From: Candidatus Tayloriibacteriota bacterium
GTDB lineage: Bacteria; Patescibacteriota; Minisyncoccia; Phycocordibacterales; CAIRYW01
Assembly (NCBI GenBank): GCA_029288615.1
Contig: JARIGV010000003.1
Coordinates: 1,068 to 65,067, forward strand
Direction of reading: 5' to 3'
Length of the DNA: 64,000 nt
Shown: positions 19,603 through 27,667 of the stretch, in pieces
Numbering within the stretch: position 1 is the stretch's first letter
Layout: every line of letters starts with the position of its first letter
The notes under the pieces: generated by a model
The model's database searches: none
Told to the model about the DNA's origin: nothing
Seen by the model: only the letters and a program-made list of their open reading frames with translations
Made by a program: the position numbers and the translations under genes

Positions 19603-19622
19603 CTAACTATTAGGATAGTTAG
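19603..19622. promoter_or_regulatory. Palindromic operator candidate (CTAACTAT-tagg-ATAGTTAG) between the putative -10 and the marR start
   Basis: Perfect 8-bp inverted repeat arms separated by 4 nt, 18 nt upstream of the MarR ATG. A second, weaker inverted repeat (ttagc-aaa-gctaa) abuts it. Confidence 0.45.
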
Positions 19623-19639
19623 GTATTTAGAACAAGACA

Positions 19640-20056
19640 ATGGAAAACATAGAATTGGCAGCGGCCGCGATATTTAAGATCACTCGCTCAATGCGAGAAC
19701 AAATCGGGAAAAGCAAAGTTCTCGGTTCTCTTTCTGTCGTCCAGATCCGCACTCTCGCTATTATTGATGAGAAAAAACACCCTACAATGAAGGAAATCGC
19801 GGATGAACTCTGTGTTACTTCCCCATCTGCAACTCGTGTCATCGAAAGATTAGTACGGACCGGAGAACTCAAGCGAGAACCTGATCCCAAAGATCGCCGC
19901 ATTATCCGCCTCTGCATAACTACTAAGGGAGAAAAAATCCTTCAAAGCGGACTCCGTGAAGCCGGAAAGAAGATGAAAGACATTGTCACTTCCCTTTCAG
20001 CAAAGGAAAAGAAAGATTTTATGGAGCTTATTAAAAAAGTCGCATCGCATATTTAA
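19640..20056 (+). CDS. MarR-family transcriptional regulator
   Basis: Winged-helix region SVVQIRTLAIIDEKKHPTMKEIADELCVTSPSATRVIERLVRTGEL...DRR; 138 aa. Confidence 0.8.
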   Translation: MENIELAAAAIFKITRSMREQIGKSKVLGSLSVVQIRTLAIIDEKKHPTMKEIADELCVTSPSATRVIERLVRTGELKREPDPKDRRIIRLCITTKGEKILQSGLREAGKKMKDIVTSLSAKEKKDFMELIKKVASHI

Positions 20057-20072
20057 ACATTAATAGAATCGT

Positions 20073-21599
20073 ATGCAAAAATTAATTCACAATAGAGCAT
20101 TTGTTATCGGAGCAAGCGTCGTCTTAGGTCTCTTAAGCGCACTTGTCATTTTCTTACTATCAAATCAAAAACAAAATCTTGCGGTACAAGCGGCGGAAAA
20201 TCGCTCACTTATTGCAGCTGTGTCAGCGACTGGCCAAGTAAAAGCTTCTGAGGAAGTTGATCTTGCCTTTGGAAAATCTGGAACTATTGCAGCGGTGTAT
20301 GCTGATGTAGGACAAGCTGTAAGAAAAGGTCAGACGATCGCAGCTCTTCAAGCTGGAGATCTCCAAGGTCAACTTGCACAGGCAAAAGCAACACTCGCGC
20401 AGAATCAAATAAAATTAGACGAACTTCAAAATGCAGGATCTGCAAGTGCTTCATCTGATGTATCTGCATCGATTGCAAACAATCGTCAGACTGTTGCTGA
20501 TAAACTTCGCACAGCTTACACATCGCTCGATAGTGCTGAGAAACTTTACATCGACCAATTCTTCAAAAATCTTTCAACAAATCCAATCTTTGGTGCAACA
20601 ATAAGCCAGGGAAATGGTTCATACACAATCCAACCTCAGGATGCAAACCTTGAACAGAAAATAAACGGTGAACGAGAAGACCTCGATCGAGCACTTTCTT
20701 CATGGGCAGATGCAAATAAAAATCTAAACGATGACAACTCAATCCAGGCAGCAGAAAATCAGGCAACGATTGCAATCAATGCGGCCGGCGCTCTCCTTTC
20801 TGACATCGCTGACGTTCTCAATTCATATACCCCTTCTGATGCAACAAGCAAAGCTGTATATGACTCATATCGCGCAAACGTAGCAACAGCTCGTGCTGCA
20901 GTAGACAGCGCATCAAGTGGAATTCTTACTGCAAAAGAAGCATATACAAGTGCACAAAGCGCAGTCGGCCCATATTCAATTTCTCTTGCACAGGCAAATG
21001 TTCAAAATGCACAAGGTGCAGTGCAAATTATTCAGGCTCAAATCCAGAATGCTGTGATCGTGGCTCCTTTTGATGGTGTCGTAAGCAGACAGGATGCAAA
21101 AGTAGGTCAGACCGCATCACCAGGACAAACACTTGTTGGTGTTATCTCAAATCAAAAATTTGAAGTAGACGCACAAATCGCTGAAAATGATATTGGAAAA
21201 ATTGCTGTTGGACAAAATGCAAAGATTTCTCTCGACACATACGGTCCAAGCGTTCTCTTCGATGCTTCAGTTTCACAAATTGATCCTGCAGAAACAATCA
21301 CAGATGGTGTAGGTACATACAAAGTGACACTCACTTTCACAAATGATGATCCTCGTATTCACTCAGGAATGACAGCAAACGCTTCTATCATGATTGGTTC
21401 AAAAGATAATGCGCTTTCAGTTCCATCAAGCGCTATCATTCGAAAAGGATCTGATACATTTGTGCTCGTAGAAAACCCTGACAAAACTTTTGCTGAGAAA
21501 CAGGTCGTGGTCGGTATTGAAAGCACAGACGGCTGGAGTGAAATTACTTCGGGACTTAACCAAGGAGACATGATTGCAACATTTGGTAACAATCACTAA
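20073..21599 (+). CDS. HlyD-family membrane-fusion protein (periplasmic adaptor with very long coiled-coil hairpin)
   Basis: N-terminal TM anchor, biotin-lipoyl-like half-motifs, an approximately 300-aa Ala/Gln-rich coiled coil, and a C-terminal beta-barrel region (...VVAPFDGVV...). Confidence 0.7.
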   Translation: MQKLIHNRAFVIGASVVLGLLSALVIFLLSNQKQNLAVQAAENRSLIAAVSATGQVKASEEVDLAFGKSGTIAAVYADVGQAVRKGQTIAALQAGDLQGQLAQAKATLAQNQIKLDELQNAGSASASSDVSASIANNRQTVADKLRTAYTSLDSAEKLYIDQFFKNLSTNPIFGATISQGNGSYTIQPQDANLEQKINGEREDLDRALSSWADANKNLNDDNSIQAAENQATIAINAAGALLSDIADVLNSYTPSDATSKAVYDSYRANVATARAAVDSASSGILTAKEAYTSAQSAVGPYSISLAQANVQNAQGAVQIIQAQIQNAVIVAPFDGVVSRQDAKVGQTASPGQTLVGVISNQKFEVDAQIAENDIGKIAVGQNAKISLDTYGPSVLFDASVSQIDPAETITDGVGTYKVTLTFTNDDPRIHSGMTANASIMIGSKDNALSVPSSAIIRKGSDTFVLVENPDKTFAEKQVVVGIESTDGWSEITSGLNQGDMIATFGNNH

Positions 21600-21628
21600 T
21601 CAAGAATCAAAGCATCTAACACATCACT

Positions 21629-22339
21629 ATGGAAAACAACAAAGAAAATAATATGGAGAAAGATATTCTCAAAAAAGAAAATCAGATTCTTGGTGAAATA
21701 AAAAAAGAGGAGGAAAAACTCGAAAAAGTTGCAGCAAATGTCTGGGTTATCAATCTCATCTTTGCACTTCTTATTATCGGTGCGATCGCTGGATTTGCAT
21801 ACTGGAAAGTATCATCGGGCGTTATTTTTACTGATAAATCTGATATTGAAGGATCTGTCGCAGCTCTCTCTCCTACACAAAACGGTACGCTCGAACAAGT
21901 ATTCGTAAACACAGGTGACACTGTGACAGCAAATGAAGTAGTAGCACGTGTTGGTAATGAACTCATCAAAACAAAGACAGCAGGTATCGTATCAAATGTA
22001 GAAAATAATATCGGAAAGCAGGTTAATTCTGGTGAAGCTGTTGTATCAGTCATTGATCCAGCAACACTTCGACTTGTTGCACACATTGAAGAAGATAAAG
22101 GTCTTAAAGATATTGCGATCGGTGAACGAGCGGATTTCACAGTCGACAGCTTCCCTGGAAAAAAATATCAAGGAATTGTTGATGAAATTTCTCCTACATC
22201 GCGAAGCGGTGACATTGTCTTCAACATCTCTGACAAAAGACAGGTGCAGGAATTTGACGTAAAGGTGCGTTTCGACACGACAGCATATCCTGAACTCCAA
22301 AACGGAATGTCTGCGAAGGTTTCTATTTATAAACAGTAA
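21629..22339 (+). CDS. Short HlyD-like / efflux adaptor (barrel-sandwich) protein
   Basis: TM anchor plus lipoyl-like motifs (GTLEQVFVNTGDTVTANEVVARV ... GIVDEI...); 236 aa, lacks the long hairpin. Confidence 0.5.
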   Translation: MENNKENNMEKDILKKENQILGEIKKEEEKLEKVAANVWVINLIFALLIIGAIAGFAYWKVSSGVIFTDKSDIEGSVAALSPTQNGTLEQVFVNTGDTVTANEVVARVGNELIKTKTAGIVSNVENNIGKQVNSGEAVVSVIDPATLRLVAHIEEDKGLKDIAIGERADFTVDSFPGKKYQGIVDEISPTSRSGDIVFNISDKRQVQEFDVKVRFDTTAYPELQNGMSAKVSIYKQ

Positions 22340-22390
22340 TAAATCTGACCGCGTCGCAGCATTTTAATTGCGCGGTGCGACATTAATTCT

Positions 22391-23893
22391 ATGGCAGAAT
22401 CCTGGGGAAAAACAGAACATGGAATTCCAAAATGGATGGTCCTTCTTACAGTGATCGTCGGTACTTTCCTTGGTCGTCTCGACCAAACGATTGTTAACCT
22501 CGCACTCCCAAAGATCATTAGTGACTTTTCTATTTCTGTTTCTGCTGCCGGCTGGATCGCAACTGCTTACATTCTTGCAAACGCAATCTTCGTACCAATC
22601 TGGGGAAAGCTTGGTGACACCATCGGTCGTAAAAAAGTGTACATCTGGGGATTTGCGATCTTTATTGTTGGTTCTGTACTCGCAGGTCTTGCATGGAATC
22701 TTCCTTCGATGATTGCGTTTCGAATCATTCAAGCGATTGCCGGATCAGCTGACTATCCTACCGCCATGGCTATTCTTGCTGTGACATTTAAAGAAGGAAA
22801 AGAGCGTTCACAAGCTCTCGGTATTTGGTCTTCATCTTTTGCAGCAGCGTCTGTATTCGGCCCCCTCATCGGTGGACCACTCATCGATAATTTCGGATGG
22901 CGTTCAGTCTTTCTTGTAAACCTTCCTGTCGGTCTTATCGGTCTTGGAATGGCGCTCACGTATATTCATGAATCAGTTATTCCGAATGCAAAAGCAAAAT
23001 TCGACTGGTGGGGTGCGATTACTCTTGGAGGCGCATTGGCAGCACTCGTTCTTGTGCTCGATCAAGGTGTCGATTGGGGTTGGGTGTCGTTCAATAGTAT
23101 TCTCTCTTATCTTATTATTCTCGGATTTGGAATTGCCTTTTACTTTATCGAAAAGAAACATCCGGAGCCGATCGTCGACCTCAAGTTTTTCAAAAACAGC
23201 ATTTTCGTCGGTGCACTCGTGAACAACTTCATTGTATTCATGGGTATGATGGGCAGCATTTTCCTTATTCCAATTTACGCTCAAACTTTCATGGGTTACG
23301 ACGCTACGCAGGCCGGTTTCCTTTTCGTGCCGATGGCAGTCGCACTTATGATTGCAGCACCAATTGGAGGAAACCTTATCGGAAAATTCGAGCCGCGGTA
23401 TGTGATCGCTTTCTCTACTTTGGTTGCCGCTGTCGGACTTTATTTCTTCTCATGGCTTGATCCACGCTCTGGAGCATGGGCAATTATGATCCCTCTTTCA
23501 ATCATGGCATTTGGTCTCGGTTTTGGAATGGCACAACGAACAGGAGTGATTGCCGCTGCCGTGGATCCACACGAGATCGGTATCGCTTCATCTGTTCTTG
23601 CGCTTGTGCGAAATATTTCTGGAGCATTCGGTATCGCAATCTTTGCAACCATTCTCAACAGCTTCACTGAAAGCAATGTCCTTTCAATTACAAGACAAAG
23701 TCTTCTACATCTCACCGACCCAACTCAATACAAAGAAGCAATTGCACTCATTAGTCTTAAAGCACAGATTGAAGCATATGGAGAAATATTCCTTATCTCA
23801 GCAGCACTTCTTCTTGTAGGTGCCATCATCGCGCTCTTTATGCGCGTCGAGAAAAATAAAATGGATCCCGAAGTTGAGATTTTTGTGGAGTAA
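22391..23893 (+). CDS. MFS transporter, DHA2 (EmrB/QacA, 14-TM) drug:H+ antiporter family
   Basis: 500 aa, 14 hydrophobic helices, MFS motif A-like GKLGDTIGRKKV. Follows MarR and two HlyD genes. Confidence 0.8.
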   Translation: MAESWGKTEHGIPKWMVLLTVIVGTFLGRLDQTIVNLALPKIISDFSISVSAAGWIATAYILANAIFVPIWGKLGDTIGRKKVYIWGFAIFIVGSVLAGLAWNLPSMIAFRIIQAIAGSADYPTAMAILAVTFKEGKERSQALGIWSSSFAAASVFGPLIGGPLIDNFGWRSVFLVNLPVGLIGLGMALTYIHESVIPNAKAKFDWWGAITLGGALAALVLVLDQGVDWGWVSFNSILSYLIILGFGIAFYFIEKKHPEPIVDLKFFKNSIFVGALVNNFIVFMGMMGSIFLIPIYAQTFMGYDATQAGFLFVPMAVALMIAAPIGGNLIGKFEPRYVIAFSTLVAAVGLYFFSWLDPRSGAWAIMIPLSIMAFGLGFGMAQRTGVIAAAVDPHEIGIASSVLALVRNISGAFGIAIFATILNSFTESNVLSITRQSLLHLTDPTQYKEAIALISLKAQIEAYGEIFLISAALLLVGAIIALFMRVEKNKMDPEVEIFVE

Positions 23894-24047
23894 AACAAGT
23901 CAATTTCTATATTTGACTTTGTAAAAATTCGTGTCATTATGACGCTAGTCGTCCTCTGTTTTAGGTTAACTTACAAGAGGCTGAAAGGGTGTTTAAATTC
24001 CTTTTCAGCTTCTTGAGAAGCAAAACCATCGAAACAGACATAAACCT

Positions 24048-24725
24048 ATGGCAAATGCAATCAGCACTGGGGTCTTTGACCGCAGTGGATCAGACGAAGT
24101 CAGTGCGCAATCCTTCTATGGAGCGCTCACCCTTTCACTTCTGTGGGGGCTTATCGGAACTGCCGTGATCGCACACAAAGCGATCGAAATGCACTACAAT
24201 CCGACTTTGATGGGAATCATCATGCTCGGTCTGGTGGTACCCATTATCGGCATTCTTATCGCCGTGAACAGCGACAACCCGATACTCTCATTTATCGGCT
24301 ACAACATGATCGTGGTGCCCTTCGGCATAATCATCGGCCCAGCAGTCAACCACTACAGTCCAGACGTTGTGCGAAACGCTTTCGCTTTGACAGCGATGAT
24401 CACCTTCTTCATGGGCTTTATGGGAACTTGCTTCCCAGGGCTCTTTAAGAAAATGGGCGCACCGCTTTTCCTGGCACTCGGCGGACTCGTCATGGTCCGG
24501 TTCGCGCAGCTCTTCATCCCTGAACTCGCACACTTGCGTGTCGTTGATTACATCGGAGCGGGAATCTTCTCGCTCTACATCGGCTACGACATGTATCGCG
24601 CCAGTGAAGTTGCGAAAACCCTCGACAACGCCGTCGATATTTCGGTTGATCTCTATCTCGACATCATCAATCTCTTCCTGAATCTCCTAGAAATCCTAGG
24701 CAGCAGCGAAGAGGACGACGATTAA
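24048..24725 (+). CDS. Bax-inhibitor-1/YccA-family membrane protein
   Basis: 7-TM, 225 aa, conserved C-terminal region ...DIINLFLNLLEILGSS. Noticeably higher GC than surrounding genes. Confidence 0.55.
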   Translation: MANAISTGVFDRSGSDEVSAQSFYGALTLSLLWGLIGTAVIAHKAIEMHYNPTLMGIIMLGLVVPIIGILIAVNSDNPILSFIGYNMIVVPFGIIIGPAVNHYSPDVVRNAFALTAMITFFMGFMGTCFPGLFKKMGAPLFLALGGLVMVRFAQLFIPELAHLRVVDYIGAGIFSLYIGYDMYRASEVAKTLDNAVDISVDLYLDIINLFLNLLEILGSSEEDDD

Positions 24726-24772
24726 GAGTTAAGAAATCACATTACAAGGAGCTTTAAAGCTCCTATTTTTAT

Positions 24773-25330
24773 TTAAAATTTCCCTCCGCAGGTGGTTGGA
24801 TTCCAAAGGCCTGCATTTGCCGCTCTCGCCTCACTCTCCTTCTCTTTAAAATCACTTTGATATTCATACGGCACATCGTATGTATATTCATATGCGTATC
24901 CATTCGCAATCATAAATTCATTGAAAAATATTCCATCGTTGGTGTGAGCATATGCAAGAAGTCGTCCGTATTTATCATACTTTGATTGCGTCGGGTCTGA
25001 TTCAAGAAGAACTTTCTTTCCTTCAAGAATTTTCTTTGCTTCATCGCTCGCTTGTTTACCAAAACATTGCACCGGTTTCCGAGGATCGACAGTCTCTGGC
25101 GTGTTAATACCAATGAGGCGTACTTTTTCTTCTTTTCCATCGACGCTCGCAACGAAAGTATCACCATCAACAACTCGAACCACATCATAATATTCTCCTG
25201 TTGATGTAGCTGTCTGAGACGATGCAACACCTCCTGACGGAAAATATCCAAGTTTCCACAAAATCAAAACGAGCACGCACGCAAAAATCAGAGAAAAAAT
25301 TTTATTCTTTTCCCTAGTCGTTAAGTACAT
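24773..25330 (-). CDS. Secreted thermonuclease (staphylococcal-nuclease/SNase-like)
   Basis: Start trimmed to the ATG at 25330 (the track extension overlaps the upstream gene). TM anchor, then VVRVVDGDTFVA...VRLIGINTPE...GRLLAYAH, the SNase signature. Confidence 0.7.
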   Translation of the reverse strand: MYLTTREKNKIFSLIFACVLVLILWKLGYFPSGGVASSQTATSTGEYYDVVRVVDGDTFVASVDGKEEKVRLIGINTPETVDPRKPVQCFGKQASDEAKKILEGKKVLLESDPTQSKYDKYGRLLAYAHTNDGIFFNEFMIANGYAYEYTYDVPYEYQSDFKEKESEARAANAGLWNPTTCGGKF

Positions 25331-26150
25331 ACAAATCCTGATATCCACCTTCTCCGACAAACTTTGCTTTTCCAGAAATGATCGCTTCAAAAGGTTTACA
25401 TGCAAAACATCCGCCGCGAGGACATTCAAAAACTCCAAGCTCTCTCGCCTCTTTTACTTTTTTTGCAGTCTCAAGGACTCGTCGTCTCGATTCATTTTCG
25501 TCAGGAAGTTGTACATCTTTTGGAGTATCGTCGCGATCGAGATACCAATAGCTCGCTCCAGAAATTTTTCTTTTCTGAAGTTCTTTTGCGAGAAGAAGAT
25601 AGATTGGAAGCTGGAGAGAATCCTCACTTTCATCGTGTCGTCCAGTTTTAAAATCAAGAATTTTGACACTATCATCTTCTGGCACATATTCGAGCCAGTC
25701 GATCTTACCGCAAAGAATAATGTTGTCGTCAGAGGAAATGAAAAAATTCGGCGGCATCCCATTTGCTGATTCTTTAAGCTTCACAGCCTTATTGAGAAGT
25801 GGTCCAGGATGCCTAGCGACTCGTTCGATCATTTCTTTCGCTCTTTTCTTATACTCTGCTTCTTCTTCTGGATTTTTAAATCCACCGCGCACACCAGTCA
25901 CCTTTTGCCATGCAACTTCAAGGTCCGCTAAAAGATCGCGATGAAAGCGCTCTTCCGCCTTAAAATTTCCAAGACCTTCCACCACCTCGTGCACAGCAAG
26001 TCCCAAAGAAAGCTGTGGCGTCACGATATTTATTTTTCGTCTTGACTTCGGATCTTTATAGATATTCTTAAGAAAATACGCGCGGGGGCATTTCAGAAAA
26101 TCTCCCATTGAGGAGTGAGACACCCATACCGCGCTGTATTTATCTTGCAT
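25314..26150 (-). CDS. PD-(D/E)xK nuclease-superfamily protein with 4 Cys (Cas4/AddB-nuclease-like Fe-S arrangement)
   Basis: N-terminal Cys (CPRAYF) plus a C-terminal CPRGGCFACK triad. Core motifs ...GKIDWLEY... and ...ILDFKTG... (D / E..K) fit the RecB-like nuclease fold. Confidence 0.55.
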   Translation of the reverse strand: MQDKYSAVWVSHSSMGDFLKCPRAYFLKNIYKDPKSRRKINIVTPQLSLGLAVHEVVEGLGNFKAEERFHRDLLADLEVAWQKVTGVRGGFKNPEEEAEYKKRAKEMIERVARHPGPLLNKAVKLKESANGMPPNFFISSDDNIILCGKIDWLEYVPEDDSVKILDFKTGRHDESEDSLQLPIYLLLAKELQKRKISGASYWYLDRDDTPKDVQLPDENESRRRVLETAKKVKEARELGVFECPRGGCFACKPFEAIISGKAKFVGEGGYQDLYVLND

Positions 26151-26172
26151 CGAACAAAAATTATTTACGAAT

Positions 26173-26901
26173 TTATTTAAGTGTAAATGTTACACCACCA
26201 CTTGTCGCACCCGAAGCGTTTGTCACACTCACAATATATGTGCCGCGCTCTACAGGAATCGAGATAGGACCTGTCGTAATATATGAAGGAATCGTGAGAG
26301 AAATTGTTGTGCCGCCATTTGTAGATGCAACACCAGCTATCTGACCCTTAGCACCAAAATACACATTCACAGTGTTGTTATTTGCACTGAAGCCTGTGCC
26401 ATGGATCGTGATCGTGTCACCAATAGAAGCAGATGTTGGAGAAATCGATGAAAGAGTTACAGAGGATGATACAGATCCGCTCACACTTGCATTTGTACCA
26501 GCAGACGCAGAACCACTTGAAGTTTGTGCAGACCCAGTCACAGTTGTTTTTACAGTAGCAGAACCTGGAGCAGTATTTATTGATCCACCATTTGCAGATG
26601 TTCCGTAGTTTATGCTTGCAGAAGTACCATTTGTACCAAGATGAACTCCTCCTACGTCAATTGAGGCCGAATTACCGTCAGATGAAACCGCTGTGTTTCC
26701 TGATACAACCTGACTTCCTTGATCGTCTCCATTTTGCTGTTCATTTCCTTGAGCTGTAACTTCAGTATTCGCATTTACATCTGTTTTAGCTGTCCCACCA
26801 AAAGCTCCGCTTTTAACAGCTACATATGTAGCACCTCCTCCAAGCGCGAGCGCTACAAGCACAGCAATGAGAATTCCGATAAAACCTTGATTCTTTTTCA
26901 T
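26173..26901 (-). CDS. Secreted Ser/Thr/Gly-rich surface protein with C-terminal IPT/TIG-like Ig domain
   Basis: Signal/TM anchor, low-complexity S/T/G/N linker, C-terminal ISPTSASIGDTITIHGTGF...VNVYFG...IVSVTN. Confidence 0.5.
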   Translation of the reverse strand: MKKNQGFIGILIAVLVALALGGGATYVAVKSGAFGGTAKTDVNANTEVTAQGNEQQNGDDQGSQVVSGNTAVSSDGNSASIDVGGVHLGTNGTSASINYGTSANGGSINTAPGSATVKTTVTGSAQTSSGSASAGTNASVSGSVSSSVTLSSISPTSASIGDTITIHGTGFSANNNTVNVYFGAKGQIAGVASTNGGTTISLTIPSYITTGPISIPVERGTYIVSVTNASGATSGGVTFTLK

Positions 26902-26972
26902 AAAGTTAAAAAATAGTCGTCTTCTAAACTGACAATACTTATTCTAGCACGGAAGAAATTACAAGGTATAAT

Positions 26973-27224
26973 ATGCTTATGAACATCATCGTATATACAA
27001 AAACAAACTGTCCTTGGGCAAAACAAGTAATAGATTTTCTTAATGATAAGAAAATACCATTTGAAGAGCGCGACATTTACAAGAACCCTGATTGGAAAAA
27101 AGAAGTAGAAGAAAAAACCGGCCAATCTAAATCACCAACTCTCGACATCGACGGACATTTTCTTCCCGATTCAGATGCAAAACAAGTAGAAAGTTACCTC
27201 AAAGAAAAAGGAGTATTGAACTAA
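26973..27224 (+). CDS. Glutaredoxin-like protein (CPWA active site)
   Basis: 83 aa; VYTKTNCPWAKQV at the N-terminus with thioredoxin-fold spacing. Confidence 0.6.
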   Translation: MLMNIIVYTKTNCPWAKQVIDFLNDKKIPFEERDIYKNPDWKKEVEEKTGQSKSPTLDIDGHFLPDSDAKQVESYLKEKGVLN

Positions 27225-27667
27225 AGCACAACCGCCGTCTTTGATCTTGTAATCTTCGGGATTTTCTCTACCGGGATAATTCTCACCTGCACAGATTCTT
27301 TTCCTTCCATATATGCTTTCGCGAGCCTATGTACCCCATCAAGGAGTCTGAATTTTCCGTTATGCTCTACCGCATCTAGCGGATACGAAAGATCAGCATT
27401 TTTGATCATTTCGAAGTGAAGCGGATTAAGCTCAGGTTTTTCAATAAGCTCTCTTGGGCTCAGATTGAAATCATCAGTTCCAGTGATATCCCAAAACGGC
27501 TCATCCATGTGCCACATGAGATCTGATATACGGATCAAAATAACAGGCGCTTCAACTTTCCATACGTCACGGGCATCCCATTCGAAGCCAATATTAAGAT
27601 GTGCTGGTATGTCTTTAGAGATTCTCTTCATACTTTCGGGGACGAAAAAATATGAATTACCTGACAA
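27221..27667 (-). CDS. ParB/Srx-like nuclease-domain protein
   Basis: ...FRLLDGVHRLAKAYMEG... corresponds to the ParB N-terminal-domain GxxHR-type motif. The TTG start abuts the stop of the upstream helicase gene. Confidence 0.5.
   Translation of the reverse strand: MSGNSYFFVPESMKRISKDIPAHLNIGFEWDARDVWKVEAPVILIRISDLMWHMDEPFWDITGTDDFNLSPRELIEKPELNPLHFEMIKNADLSYPLDAVEHNGKFRLLDGVHRLAKAYMEGKESVQVRIIPVEKIPKITRSKTAVVL

Noticed and set aside
23894-24047. Imperfect hairpins (gctgaaagg...ccttttcagc; gacgctagtcgtc) upstream of the BI-1 gene, considered as a riboswitch or terminator
   Set aside because: Stems are short or bulged, not followed by a T-run, and no known riboswitch consensus is recognisable.
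25331-25438. N-terminal extensions of track ORFs 24773..25438 (nuclease), 38292..38930 (sigma), 38985..39854 (TrmH) and 48595..49227 (GtrA)
   Set aside because: Each extension runs into the neighbouring gene; conserved domains begin after internal ATG codons. Starts were trimmed.
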